Source: a virus
Lineage: Duplodnaviria; Caudoviricetes
Virus record (IMG/VR): IMGVR_UViG_3300032893_000060
Span: 1 to 55,388 of that record
Reading direction: 5' to 3' (one strand)
DNA: 55,388 bases
Below are positions 30,002 to 39,654 of the stretch, piece after piece. Made by a program: the position numbers and the translations under genes. How positions within the stretch are numbered: position 1 is the stretch's first letter; every line of letters starts with the position of its first letter. The notes beneath the pieces were generated by a model that saw only the letters and a list, made by a program, of their open reading frames with translations, was not told the origin of the DNA and made no database searches.

Positions 30002-31350
30002 TTTATTCTCCAGTATATTACTTTCTCTTCCGTGTCTTTGTCTGTCTCTTGTTCTGTTGTTACTTGTCCTGTCTCTTGCAGAAAGCTTATAGCTTCTTCT
30101 AGCTGTAACTTATTCGCGTAGTCATTCATCGCTACCAATATCTCAACCCAATCTTTCCTGCCAGTAGCTAAGAACTCCATTATCTTCCTGCCAATCCGAG
30201 CGATTGGATTCTGACTATCAACGATGATAGCTAAGTTCATGTTCTTTTCTTCAGCTTCAAGATCATCGATTGCTTTCTGTAGTTCGTCTTTAGTCAGTCG
30301 CATCTCCAGCGATTCGCCGAAGTGATTCATCAGGGCTACCTTCATCACATGAATGTTCTTACGGCTAAAATAGTGTTCTAGCTTCGGTGACTTAGTTGCG
30401 TGTCCAATGAAATCATAATTATGCCACCATTCTTCCATCCATGCGCGAGTGTCAGGATCAATTGTGACTGGACCATATAGAGCAGTGAGGTTGCGAATAT
30501 GCTCTAATAACGGTCGCTTTACTTCCAGTTGCTCAGGTGTCATTGGTGGGATGAAGCATTGAGACTTTCGATTCTTCTGAGCATGAATGAAGAAGGCACG
30601 TGATGAAAAACCGTCGCCGATTAAGTGATCATTAAATATAGTCTCCATATTACTAGGAGTGATACCACCCAACAAGTTGAGGCAACCACGACGAACCCTA
30701 TCTGTTCCTTGAGTTTTGGTTTTGTATGTGTAGTCAGGAGGACAATCATATAACCCAAGCATATAATTAACAGTGTCATCAGTACGCTTGCGCAACAAAG
30801 ATACAAGCTCTGGCAAACAGAAACAAGGTGATGAGTGTCCATATATTTTTACAGTCTGTTTATTAGTGTTCTCGTCATATTTTAAATAGTTAATTCGTCT
30901 GTAAGATTGTGCGACGGCTTCAACTAGTGCTTCGTATGAAGTAGCGTCAGCCGCAATAGGTATTAGGAGTGGGTCAATTAAGTCTTGCTTCTTATTCTTA
31001 ACTTGTAGTTCTGCATTCTGAGCATTCTCAATATCGGATGCTAGTATTGCCTCAACTAACTTCTTATCTTCTTCACGTGTCTCTCCGTTCATCTTGATAC
31101 TATCTTTCAATTTCCAGAAGGAGAGAAAGTTCTTGACTGTATTGATAACTAAGCTTTTTCCTATTCCCGGCTTCCCGACTAGAACTACATATGAATTGGC
31201 GAACAGCGCATGTTCATCTGGACTATCGCCACCTATCCAAACACGTCTTTGAAGTGATGCACCTATTAAGTAACGATATCCCCATTCGATGTAGTTCTGT
31301 GGGGAGGACAGTCCATCTGTGTATAGTAGCCATCGGTCTAGGTTCGTCAT
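29998..31350 (-). CDS. DUF3987-type P-loop ATPase (probable replicative helicase)
   Basis: YVVLVGKPGIGKS, LNLLGGITP, DGFSSR. Confidence 0.7.
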   Translation of the reverse strand: MTNLDRWLLYTDGLSSPQNYIEWGYRYLIGASLQRRVWIGGDSPDEHALFANSYVVLVGKPGIGKSLVINTVKNFLSFWKLKDSIKMNGETREEDKKLVEAILASDIENAQNAELQVKNKKQDLIDPLLIPIAADATSYEALVEAVAQSYRRINYLKYDENTNKQTVKIYGHSSPCFCLPELVSLLRKRTDDTVNYMLGLYDCPPDYTYKTKTQGTDRVRRGCLNLLGGITPSNMETIFNDHLIGDGFSSRAFFIHAQKNRKSQCFIPPMTPEQLEVKRPLLEHIRNLTALYGPVTIDPDTRAWMEEWWHNYDFIGHATKSPKLEHYFSRKNIHVMKVALMNHFGESLEMRLTKDELQKAIDDLEAEEKNMNLAIIVDSQNPIARIGRKIMEFLATGRKDWVEILVAMNDYANKLQLEEAISFLQETGQVTTEQETDKDTEEKVIYWRIK

Positions 31351-31360
31351 AGTTCATAAG

Positions 31361-31903
31361 TCACTTGGACAAAGAAAACTTAAGTGTTTGTTTGTTGTGA
31401 GGAAATTGAACTTTGCAATATGGATAGAGGATAAGACAGTCAATAGTGGATGACTTTGTCTTAATTGGAAACCATCTGGTGATATGTAAAAGCCGCTTTA
31501 TGTGTGCAAAGCAATCCCATTCGAATGTTACTTCTAGCCGAGTCTTGTCGGATAAGCACCACAATTTCACATCACAAAAATACTTATGTAACCACTCTTG
31601 TCTAATAATCTCAGTATTATTTATTATTGCATTATCCAATTCGTATTCATGTATAAACTGTGACACAGGAACTTCTAGTCGTCGACTTCGTAATGACTCA
31701 GCATAGTCCACTTCTTCTACACCTATGCCAAACATTCGTGGAGTAGAACTGTATGCTTGTTGTACTTGATAGTGGTATCCATAATCACGCACCAACTCCA
31801 TTACTTCAACTTTGGAGATTGGAATAGTTTTCGGTGCTTCACCCCATTTTCGCATAACTTCATGAATCCACTTCTGTATATCTTGTATAGTAATCATATC
31901 CAC
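31361..31903 (-). CDS. Hypothetical protein
   Basis: 180-aa ORF in the replication operon. Confidence 0.6.
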   Translation of the reverse strand: MDMITIQDIQKWIHEVMRKWGEAPKTIPISKVEVMELVRDYGYHYQVQQAYSSTPRMFGIGVEEVDYAESLRSRRLEVPVSQFIHEYELDNAIINNTEIIRQEWLHKYFCDVKLWCLSDKTRLEVTFEWDCFAHIKRLLHITRWFPIKTKSSTIDCLILYPYCKVQFPHNKQTLKFSLSK

Positions 31904-33444
31904 TTTAATTCTCTTAGCCCAAGATCATTGATATCTTTTTTATACGGCCCCCAATTAAACCCCACACCCACCTCACTCCGCATGTTAAACTCTGACCCAT
32001 CAGTAGGACTCACAAAGTGCTGGTTCATGTATTCTTGCATTTTATCTTTACATTCTTTGACTTCTGGGAGTGGGCATTGAACGAGGTAGCTATCGTGAGT
32101 ATCGGCGAGGATATCCCATCTTCTTTTAGCTCCTTCAATAAAACCTTGAAGTCTCGTAAAAGCGATGCGAGTAATTTCTCCAACCGTCGATTGCGGACAC
32201 CACGCATAGAATTCTTTGTAGGTAAGCTCATTGATGTTGTAGTTAGTTATTGTGTATGGATGACCAAAGAAATTGAAGAGCATGTGAGTCTTGTCCACTT
32301 GACGGCGGACTCGTTCACAGCGAGCGGGGATTTCTGGAAAGAGACCACGATATATCTGTAGGAATGTGTCCGCTTCATCCCGGGAGATGTTGATCTTACC
32401 GCCGGACTTCTCTAAGATATTCATCTGGAATGTGAAGCCTTCGATTCCGTAGTTGGCTGAATTGTGTGTAACTGAAACTTTTCCTTCTCGTCTTATCAAG
32501 AAATATCCAGTTGATGTAGTTGGACACCTTACTGTTTCTGCTTTGTTATTGCAGTTGTGTATACGTCTTATATTACACAATAACTTATCACCAAAATTTG
32601 CATTAGGAAGAACTGAAACTAAAGTTCTTTCATACAAATGTTGAGCTTCCTGATAACTTACTATATTATTATGTGTTGGATCACAATAATATAACACATT
32701 ATGATTCGGCGTTACACATTGACTTACGTTTGGGCCATGTAAATAATACATATCACCAGTGTGTTCATACTCATTCCAGTAAACTCTTTCCAAGAAAGTA
32801 GACCATGTCCTCAAGTCCATTACCTGAATATGATCTGGCTTATACTTAACTTTTACCCAATCACTACCATTAAATACTTCCGTTTTCTCGTCCACACAAT
32901 GACAGGTCTGCTTCGCTAGATAATAGTATCGTTCAGACGACTTCCAATTGTCAGATGACTTAATCAGTTTGTCAACCTGTGACCAGTTAGGGTCGTTTTT
33001 TAGCTTGGGGATTGGAGTAAGATCTAGTATATCAATGTCTGATTCACCAATCGGCAAATTGTACTCTTTGCATTTCTTAGACCAGATATTCTTAAAGAGC
33101 TTAAGTGCTACATAGACATGTGGTTTGACTCCATGTATGAATAGTTGGCGATAGTCAGCCGCTTCGGCTTCGTAGGCAACTATTAGTGCTTCTGCTCCTG
33201 ATTGATCGCATTGTAGCATCACTCTTAACTTGTCTAATTCTTCTGGAGTGAATACCGAATGATCGCCAGTCTCTAGCCAATATTTACACCTGCCACGCAG
33301 GTCATCACTATATCCATCGGCTTGATATATAGCACGCTGAGACTTTTCAACGTTCTGTAGATTGCTACCCCACTTCTTAAATATCTGTCGTGAGGAACGA
33401 CGGAAAGTCTTTGGGATGTTATGATAGATGGTGGTGTTTCTCAC
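31894..33444 (-). CDS. polA: DNA polymerase family A, C-terminal subunit (palm/fingers), with mini-intein
   Basis: TFRRSS, NLQN, motif A DQSGAE, motif B AKQTCH/SANYG, motif C THDS. Confidence 0.9.
   Translation of the reverse strand: MRNTTIYHNIPKTFRRSSRQIFKKWGSNLQNVEKSQRAIYQADGYSDDLRGRCKYWLETGDHSVFTPEELDKLRVMLQCDQSGAEALIVAYEAEAADYRQLFIHGVKPHVYVALKLFKNIWSKKCKEYNLPIGESDIDILDLTPIPKLKNDPNWSQVDKLIKSSDNWKSSERYYYLAKQTCHCVDEKTEVFNGSDWVKVKYKPDHIQVMDLRTWSTFLERVYWNEYEHTGDMYYLHGPNVSQCVTPNHNVLYYCDPTHNNIVSYQEAQHLYERTLVSVLPNANFGDKLLCNIRRIHNCNNKAETVRCPTTSTGYFLIRREGKVSVTHNSANYGIEGFTFQMNILEKSGGKINISRDEADTFLQIYRGLFPEIPARCERVRRQVDKTHMLFNFFGHPYTITNYNINELTYKEFYAWCPQSTVGEITRIAFTRLQGFIEGAKRRWDILADTHDSYLVQCPLPEVKECKDKMQEYMNQHFVSPTDGSEFNMRSEVGVGFNWGPYKKDINDLGLRELKWI
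32461..32898 (-). mobile_element. Mini-intein (146 aa) in PolA motif B
   Basis: Starts CVDEKTEV, block B TPNH, ends VTHN followed by Ser; no endonuclease motifs. Confidence 0.9.
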
Positions 33445-33668
33445 TTCAGTCTAAGAACTAATCCAATAAACGAATAGTAATCGTGTAGTTCTAATAGTGG
33501 AATACCAAGCAATGTTCTAGCATCTTTATCAAATTGTGGTGGATTTGTAGATTGATCGTTATGTTCAAGAAGATCAATTTCATATACACCTAAAACAATA
33601 TAATTTATGTTTGACAATAAGTGTTGCTGTGCTAATATACATGTAATTATTTTATCTGCTTCACTCAT
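33441..33668 (-). CDS. Hypothetical protein between the two PolA halves
   Basis: 75 aa; starts 1 nt after upstream stop; GTGA overlap with downstream start. Confidence 0.6.
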   Translation of the reverse strand: MSEADKIITCILAQQHLLSNINYIVLGVYEIDLLEHNDQSTNPPQFDKDARTLLGIPLLELHDYYSFIGLVLRLK

Positions 33669-33669
33669 A

Positions 33670-35232
33670 TTATTGTTCTAACCATCTCTCAATATCCACT
33701 ACTTTACCATCGTTATCTCGCCAAGGTATAAACGAAAGGTTGCTGTATTCTTTCTGCACTTTCCTGTATAGGTTGATGAATGTAATCACTGGATTGTCAT
33801 GCTTAAGTGCAAGTTTATACATCACTTTCTTTCCCAACGATGGCTTACCAGTTTGCTTAGAACGGAATACAACTGGATAGCCTAGTTGTCTGTGGAAGTA
33901 ATCACAGCATTGGGCGTTACTACTAGCGATAGATGACTTGCTCTTACCACTCTTTAAAGCCGTCAGGCACTCCTTAAGTCCAGTAGGACCAATAAGCATA
34001 TTGATAATGCGCAAGTACTGCATCATCAATTTGTCATTCTCGCCGCACAGTTCTTTAACGCGTGCCTCCGAATACTTAATTCCCTGCAATGTGCATATAA
34101 GATACGGACATATAGAATCATTTGCACAACGTATAGAATCAGATAACCCAGGAATAGATACTTCATACTTTTGAATTGCTTTCCTCACTAGATGCATTCC
34201 AAATACATCCTTTGCACAATACTTCAGCTTACGAATCATGTCATCCGTTGTCCGATATGATTGTGGATTCGTGTCTTTGTGGAATTTCTGGTAAGTCCAG
34301 TATGACATGCAGTGGCCTAACGACTGCTCTACATCTGGGAAGCAACGGTGAAACGCTATCATTGTGTCGTAGACACGATAGACTGGTATGTGGTATTTAT
34401 AGCCTAGTACTAGGAAATCGAAAGCCGCACCGTTGTGAGCGACTAAGATGTTGGATTCGATGGCCTTAACCAAACTACGAATAATAAAAGAAAGAGAACT
34501 ATAAGCTGGTTGATAGTTAGTGTTGAGGACAGGAACAGAATAAACAGTATAACCATTGAAAGTAAATGCGAAACAAAGTAAATTCTGCTCTTCATAATCC
34601 GTCTCAATATCGAAATCCATCCATTTGTCATGATTACTCTCCAATACATTTATCACTTCATCCGCCGACGGATAGATGCGATACTCTGGTTGCTGTTCAA
34701 TAGGCCATACTTTAGCTTGGCTTCGTAATAGTTCTTTAACTTTTCTAATGTCACTTTTGAACCAAAAAGCATAATTTGATCGTTTAGTACGAGAATGACT
34801 TTTAACATCTCCCTCCTCTTCATCATCTCCGTCTGTATCATTGTCAGTTTTTTCGGCTTCATTGTATGCCTCTTCATAATTCTTTAGATCAACACAATCT
34901 TGTGGACTGAATGAACATATAGTTGGAATGTCGTTTATGTAGAATGGACTACCTCTCATCTCATTCAATGTATTACCACCACACTCAGGCAACCAGTCGT
35001 GCATCGCCTTAGTTCCAGTAAGAAGTATACAGTGCGTTCCATCTATCCAAGGTGACTTATCTTCAGTCACTCGTATGTCACACTGCATAGAATTAAATTC
35101 AGGGCGTAAGCAATCTTGATTAAAGAAACAGCCGCCATTAGCAGACAATAAATTTAACTTATCAAACCTACTTGGCTGTGATAATACAACAGTTAGCCCA
35201 CAATACTTTAACTTTGGTTTACTTCTTAGCAT
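33670..35232 (-). CDS. polA: DNA polymerase family A, N-terminal subunit (UDG-like + 3'-5' exonuclease + thumb)
   Basis: Exo motifs FDIETD, AHNGAAFD, DTM, YCAKD; QGIKY, SNAQ, TGKPSL; start set at MLRSK. Confidence 0.85.
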   Translation of the reverse strand: MLRSKPKLKYCGLTVVLSQPSRFDKLNLLSANGGCFFNQDCLRPEFNSMQCDIRVTEDKSPWIDGTHCILLTGTKAMHDWLPECGGNTLNEMRGSPFYINDIPTICSFSPQDCVDLKNYEEAYNEAEKTDNDTDGDDEEEGDVKSHSRTKRSNYAFWFKSDIRKVKELLRSQAKVWPIEQQPEYRIYPSADEVINVLESNHDKWMDFDIETDYEEQNLLCFAFTFNGYTVYSVPVLNTNYQPAYSSLSFIIRSLVKAIESNILVAHNGAAFDFLVLGYKYHIPVYRVYDTMIAFHRCFPDVEQSLGHCMSYWTYQKFHKDTNPQSYRTTDDMIRKLKYCAKDVFGMHLVRKAIQKYEVSIPGLSDSIRCANDSICPYLICTLQGIKYSEARVKELCGENDKLMMQYLRIINMLIGPTGLKECLTALKSGKSKSSIASSNAQCCDYFHRQLGYPVVFRSKQTGKPSLGKKVMYKLALKHDNPVITFINLYRKVQKEYSNLSFIPWRDNDGKVVDIERWLEQ

Positions 35233-35292
35233 TAAAGCGTGCCCCGTTATATCCCGACGGGGCCAGCGGTTTAGCAACTAACCTGTGCGAAC

Positions 35293-35886
35293 CTAAAAAG
35301 CAACCTGCATACCATCACTCGGCGCTAACCCAAAGATCTGACGAATCTTCGGCCAGTAGTTGACTAGAGGCTTTCCAGTAATAGGATTCACCATCACATC
35401 ACCTTCAGCCCTCTTGTTAGCAGCCTTCGCCTTAGCGATCTGTTCAGGGGTAGGATTCTTGCGCCGTTCCTCAATGTCTGGTTCCATTAGACAATAGACT
35501 AACTTGCCGAGGAACGGCTTAGTGTCGATGTTGTCCCAATCAATAGTGGACTTGTCGATACCCATTACCGTAAACAACCCTTCCTCACCAGTCAGCCGAT
35601 TTCGGCACGACTCCGTCTTAGCAACGTTATCTTCACCCTGATTCGTAACCTCAGTAGTGAAGTAACTTTTGCACGTAACACCAGCAATGTTGAATTGCTT
35701 CTCACCAATGTCTACAACTTCCGGCTTAACGACTTCAAACTCTAGCACTAGCATAGGATTACCCTTGCTAGATGGAGTGAAGTCTGCTCCAATAACACGA
35801 CAGATATAGTCACTGTTGGTTGGGAACTGAACTGACGCATTCCATTTTTCTATACTCATTTTGTTTAGTGGTAGGTCACTACCCAT
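35293..35886 (-). CDS. Single-stranded DNA-binding protein-like (DUF669-type)
   Basis: SSKGNPMLVLEFEV; C-terminal aromatic residue; next to Sak4-like gene and PolA. Confidence 0.6.
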   Translation of the reverse strand: MGSDLPLNKMSIEKWNASVQFPTNSDYICRVIGADFTPSSKGNPMLVLEFEVVKPEVVDIGEKQFNIAGVTCKSYFTTEVTNQGEDNVAKTESCRNRLTGEEGLFTVMGIDKSTIDWDNIDTKPFLGKLVYCLMEPDIEERRKNPTPEQIAKAKAANKRAEGDVMVNPITGKPLVNYWPKIRQIFGLAPSDGMQVAF

Positions 35887-35928
35887 TGTTTTTGTTTTAC
35901 CGTAGTCTACGATTCCGTATCGTAGAAA

Positions 35929-36108
35929 TCATCTCTTAACAATCTTAAGCATCTCATCCGCAGGCCATATTGTCTTAAGCACAACTATAGTTGCCGCTAA
36001 GTCAGCACAATATGTTGCTCTCTGTTGTGGTTGTTGGTTTAGTGGATTGATGCTGTTTACTGCTACTATCCAGCCATTACTTATTTGGGTGATTTGTATT
36101 TGTATCAT
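35929..36108 (-). CDS. Hypothetical protein (59 aa, not in ORF track)
   Basis: MIQIQITQISNGWIV...; ATGA-coupled. Confidence 0.55.
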   Translation of the reverse strand: MIQIQITQISNGWIVAVNSINPLNQQPQQRATYCADLAATIVVLKTIWPADEMLKIVKR

Positions 36109-36296
36109 GATATTGGAATTGAGTTTAGAACTGTCTCACCGCGTTTAGGTTTTGCACTCGATAAAGCTTCATTCATATCACAATTAACTTGCTTTATTCT
36201 AATGTAATATGGAACTTGCTTTTGTCTAGAAACTAATCTATGGACATTGGATAACTTCTTAAATGAACCATAGAGAATGAACGATCTTGTTTTCAT
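36105..36296 (-). CDS. Hypothetical protein
   Basis: 63 aa, ATGA-coupled on both sides. Confidence 0.55.
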   Translation of the reverse strand: MKTRSFILYGSFKKLSNVHRLVSRQKQVPYYIRIKQVNCDMNEALSSAKPKRGETVLNSIPIS

Positions 36297-37162
36297 TTTG
36301 TCTTTCTATATTTAAGGAACGATGAATAATTAGCTAACACATACTTAGGAGCATGGAACATAGTGCTTGTTCCACAGTCACAGAGGTCATCCGATTGGGT
36401 CTGCCATAAGTGAATCGCTCTATAGTCTGGTGGTGATGCAGCAATCCATTCGTCTAATGTCGTATCATCTACTTTAGCCCAATCTAATACTTTCTTTCTC
36501 TGCTCCTTATCGGCTGGCTTTCCGATAACTATAGAGCGAAACCAATCCGAGAAATTCCCAGCGATCTTGTCACCGACTTGTCCTGTCAATAGTGCACGTA
36601 GTTTGCCCGTTGATTGGCCGTCTTTCGTTTTTTCAGACTCATGACAGATGTAAATAACGTTGCCGGGTATTGTCTTTAGGCAAGCGAACAGTTCACCGAA
36701 GTATGATTTCTTTAGATTCCATTGGACGAAGCCGTCGATCTGTCCTGACTTGGACAATGCTAGTTCGTTCTCATTAAAGTTATACCAGATGTGGAATGCT
36801 TCTTCGATTGAAGTCGAACCATCTAGTATCAATGTTTGATTCGGCTTAAGCTTAACACCCTCTGTCATCAGCCATTTAATGATAGCATCTTTAGTTGATG
36901 GTGGTGCCTGCACTCCCGGTCGTTTAACAATGCTATCAATAAACTTCACATCGTAGAATGGAACTACAATTACATTGTCGTTGCCATGTGCTGAGACCTT
37001 GCGGTCCAATGACAGGACTATTGGATTTGGAAATGTTAGTGTGCTAAATGTCTTGCCAGTAAATGGCGCTCCCTGTATCCCAAGCCGTATTTGTGTGTCT
37101 GGTAACTCATTTGGATTTATGCAACCGGGTGGTTTGTATATTTCATTCATTTGATTTCTCAC
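36293..37162 (-). CDS. Sak4-like / AAA_24 ATPase (ssDNA annealing)
   Basis: GAPFTGKT, TLILDG, VIYICHE. Confidence 0.75.
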   Translation of the reverse strand: MRNQMNEIYKPPGCINPNELPDTQIRLGIQGAPFTGKTFSTLTFPNPIVLSLDRKVSAHGNDNVIVVPFYDVKFIDSIVKRPGVQAPPSTKDAIIKWLMTEGVKLKPNQTLILDGSTSIEEAFHIWYNFNENELALSKSGQIDGFVQWNLKKSYFGELFACLKTIPGNVIYICHESEKTKDGQSTGKLRALLTGQVGDKIAGNFSDWFRSIVIGKPADKEQRKKVLDWAKVDDTTLDEWIAASPPDYRAIHLWQTQSDDLCDCGTSTMFHAPKYVLANYSSFLKYRKTK

Positions 37163-37472
37163 TCTTATGTTTAATGTAGGCGGCTAACAGAATAGAATAG
37201 TTTACTATGTCTAGACAAGCATCATAGGCTGACTCATTCTTAACCTCTAACTTACCACAGTCAGTGAATGTGTTAAGCCGTTGAATCTTGTCAAGCATAC
37301 GAATCAACATACCCTTCTCAGTGGTAGTAACACCCACTCGTTCAGTTGTCTCAAAGTTAGCGAATGGAGTATTACCTGACTCACCAGCATAGTCATGGTT
37401 CTTCTTAACCATTATAGCTTTGGCCTGAGCACAAAGCTTATCGTGAAATCGTAATAGTTGTTCAGCGTTCAT
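37143..37472 (-). CDS. DUF1599/Nmad1-like all-alpha nucleotide pyrophosphatase-related protein
   Basis: KKNHDYA, IRMLDKIQRL, ESAYDACLDIVNY. Confidence 0.7.
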   Translation of the reverse strand: MNAEQLLRFHDKLCAQAKAIMVKKNHDYAGESGNTPFANFETTERVGVTTTEKGMLIRMLDKIQRLNTFTDCGKLEVKNESAYDACLDIVNYSILLAAYIKHKSEKSNE

Positions 37473-38437
37473 TGGTCATCATTGTGGAAAGGATCATAAG
37501 GTCTGCGCGTAAAGTCACGATTGAGCAATACCTTACCTACATTGTCGTTTACTGCACATACGTTATAGAATCGGCACAGGCCATACATACCTGAGCATGA
37601 CTCATTGAGAATGCCTTGTTTGGGCCAGTAGTTTAATGAAACATGACCAGATAATATAATGCAGAAGTTAGTTAGTTGTAACTTGAAAGCCGCAATATCA
37701 TCCTCACTATACTGATACACTTCGCCCCGTGCATACTCATTGTTATTAGAGTTAGACTTAAGGAAGATGGCATCAATGAAAGCACCCATCTTTGTAGCAC
37801 CTATACGACCCAATATGCTATCTGGATTGTTCTGCGCCTCCAGCTTACATGCTAATGTATATACTCGTAGTTGTCTGCTAAGACGAAACTTAGCCATGTA
37901 TTCATCTTTCTTGTATGATGCTGTAGTCTTCCAATCACGTATAGCGAAGCAGCCATTTTTGAACTTGCCGATTGTGTCGATGGTGCCACACAACCATACT
38001 CGAATGTGATTGTCTTCGTAGAATAGAATCCGAAATGTTATCTCAGTTGCTGGGCCATCACTAACAGTTCCATCTGGCTTTTTAACTGGAATAGTAATAA
38101 CGTCGAAAGTGCTCTCACTCTCTATCTGTTGCCATAGGTTGTAGCATGTGGAAACTAAATGTTTGGAGTCAGCCATCCATTGTTGTGTCTCTTTCGGTGG
38201 TAACTTACGCCGCTCAAATGCTTTCTCAGCCGCCTCTCTTGCGGCAGGAAAGTAGCCACCAGACTTATACATTGTGTCTATGAACTTATGGACTGCGCTT
38301 CCATATACTATAGATGCGTTTGGGATGCTGTGGTATGCACCTAGATTGTCGCCTATTTCTCCGATGGTTGTGCGACGGAAGTTGAGGATACAACCAGATG
38401 TGGATAGGACAGTGGTGCCTATGTTGAATTCGATCAT
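37469..38437 (-). CDS. PD-(D/E)XK (Cas4/AddB-like) exonuclease
   Basis: YGSAVH, GTID...IRDWKT, QLRVY, C-terminal Cys cluster. Confidence 0.85.
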   Translation of the reverse strand: MIEFNIGTTVLSTSGCILNFRRTTIGEIGDNLGAYHSIPNASIVYGSAVHKFIDTMYKSGGYFPAAREAAEKAFERRKLPPKETQQWMADSKHLVSTCYNLWQQIESESTFDVITIPVKKPDGTVSDGPATEITFRILFYEDNHIRVWLCGTIDTIGKFKNGCFAIRDWKTTASYKKDEYMAKFRLSRQLRVYTLACKLEAQNNPDSILGRIGATKMGAFIDAIFLKSNSNNNEYARGEVYQYSEDDIAAFKLQLTNFCIILSGHVSLNYWPKQGILNESCSGMYGLCRFYNVCAVNDNVGKVLLNRDFTRRPYDPFHNDDQ

Positions 38438-38439
38438 AG

Positions 38440-38664
38440 CTAGTCAGGTTGAATACCATTTGCTAAACATGAGGCAGTATTTGCTGCATATGAAAGAGAC
38501 CTATCCATGTCTTCAATCTTATGCTCAAGAACAAATATTCGGTCTACCAATAATGTTAGTGCCTGAACAATTATTTCTTTATCAGCATGATCGTTAACAG
38601 TAACTACAGGTGCATTTAGGTTCTTAATACAGTTAAGCAATTTGGTTTTATTTAGATCACTCAC
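38440..38664 (-). CDS. Hypothetical protein
   Basis: 74 aa in operon. Confidence 0.55.
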   Translation of the reverse strand: MSDLNKTKLLNCIKNLNAPVVTVNDHADKEIIVQALTLLVDRIFVLEHKIEDMDRSLSYAANTASCLANGIQPD

Positions 38665-38903
38665 TTCTTTCTCCTTTTAATTATAGCATCCACATCTACT
38701 CCATTCTCTCTCAATAACTCTAACGCCAACTTCTTTTGTGGCGATAAGTAAATTGGTGGTTGTGCTGGTTCTTGTTTCACTCTATGTTGAACCATCTCAG
38801 GACGAGTCACAGTATAATATGGCTTGAGGATTTCATCTAATTCTTTGTCGGATAACTTCTCAAGCTTGTCGGCAGTTAAGTCGGCTAGCTCGTCGATTGT
38901 CAT
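38661..38903 (-). CDS. Hypothetical protein
   Basis: 80 aa, ATGA-coupled. Confidence 0.6.
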   Translation of the reverse strand: MTIDELADLTADKLEKLSDKELDEILKPYYTVTRPEMVQHRVKQEPAQPPIYLSPQKKLALELLRENGVDVDAIIKRRKK

Positions 38904-39526
38904 ACGTTAATCTTAATGACTTTGACCGACTCACTCTTAATGCTAGCCTTCACATTAGTCAATTGCTGCATCTCGATCTTAAGCCGCAGTATCTCATCAG
39001 GTGTTAGTGTCAACCCTTCTTGACAGAATGGAACTGTATTGTCTGACTCAAGCCAATTGTCTAGATCACGCCGCCATTTTGGCTGGTCAACCGTTGGTAC
39101 AGTTTCTTCGGCTGACAGTTCAGCACCATCAGCTAGTCCCATGATATACTCAATGATGATACCTACCTTAATCTTCTTTCGAATCTTGACAATCTCATAC
39201 CAACGCTTATACTTCCCATCTGGATCTAGCTTCTCGCAGAGATAACGGATTGATTGATTGATGCGAGTGTAGAGAGTATTGGGAGTCATCCCATCTTCTG
39301 TGCACCAGATGTTGTATCGAAAGGTCAAGCTGTTTCCAGACTGAATCATCTTGTCAATTTCTTTCTTCATCTGGATAGCGTATATCTCCTTATAGTATGG
39401 GGCATTGGAATGCCGTGACCAGCCGTGAGGGCGGTTCGAGACGATCATGTCCACAAACTTGCTGGCTACTTCTGGTGAAGGAAAGATACTGTCGGCAGCT
39501 TTCTTTATTTGTTCATTATCATCCAT
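38900..39526 (-). CDS. Hypothetical protein
   Basis: Start moved to MDDNEQ because the upstream ATG lies within the tRNA-like element. Confidence 0.65.
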   Translation of the reverse strand: MDDNEQIKKAADSIFPSPEVASKFVDMIVSNRPHGWSRHSNAPYYKEIYAIQMKKEIDKMIQSGNSLTFRYNIWCTEDGMTPNTLYTRINQSIRYLCEKLDPDGKYKRWYEIVKIRKKIKVGIIIEYIMGLADGAELSAEETVPTVDQPKWRRDLDNWLESDNTVPFCQEGLTLTPDEILRLKIEMQQLTNVKASIKSESVKVIKINV

Positions 39527-39541
39527 AATATTAAAGTTAAG

Positions 39542-39654
39542 TGAGCGTGGCAGGATTTGAACCTGCATGTATCACATTTCCAATACCTTAGGCGACATGA
39601 TACTAGCCCAGTTTACCTGGTAAACATAGCGTCTTTACATTCCGCCACACGCCC
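39542..39654 (-). ncRNA. tRNA-like RNA (Leu-type shell, enlarged centre, no encoded CCA)
   Basis: Acceptor GGGCGTG/CACGCTC+A, TGGCGGAAT...AGACGC D arm, GCAGG-TTCAAAT-CCTGC T arm; 113 nt. Confidence 0.7.

Noticed and set aside
33441-33668. Group I intron or homing endonuclease splitting PolA
   Set aside because: Filled by a coupled ORF with no nuclease motifs and no evident intron core
29684-37472. Modified-base pathway suggested by MazG, DUF1599 and UDG-like domains
   Set aside because: No recognisable base-synthesis or transfer enzyme (PurZ, thymidylate synthase-like, DpdA/Que, glycosyltransferase)
37469-38437. Cas4-like gene as a CRISPR-Cas system
   Set aside because: No array or other cas genes; sits in a Sak4/SSB recombination context
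39542-39654. tRNA-like element as attP or tmRNA
   Set aside because: No integrase seen; lacks the G3:U70 Ala identity, tag ORF and length of tmRNA
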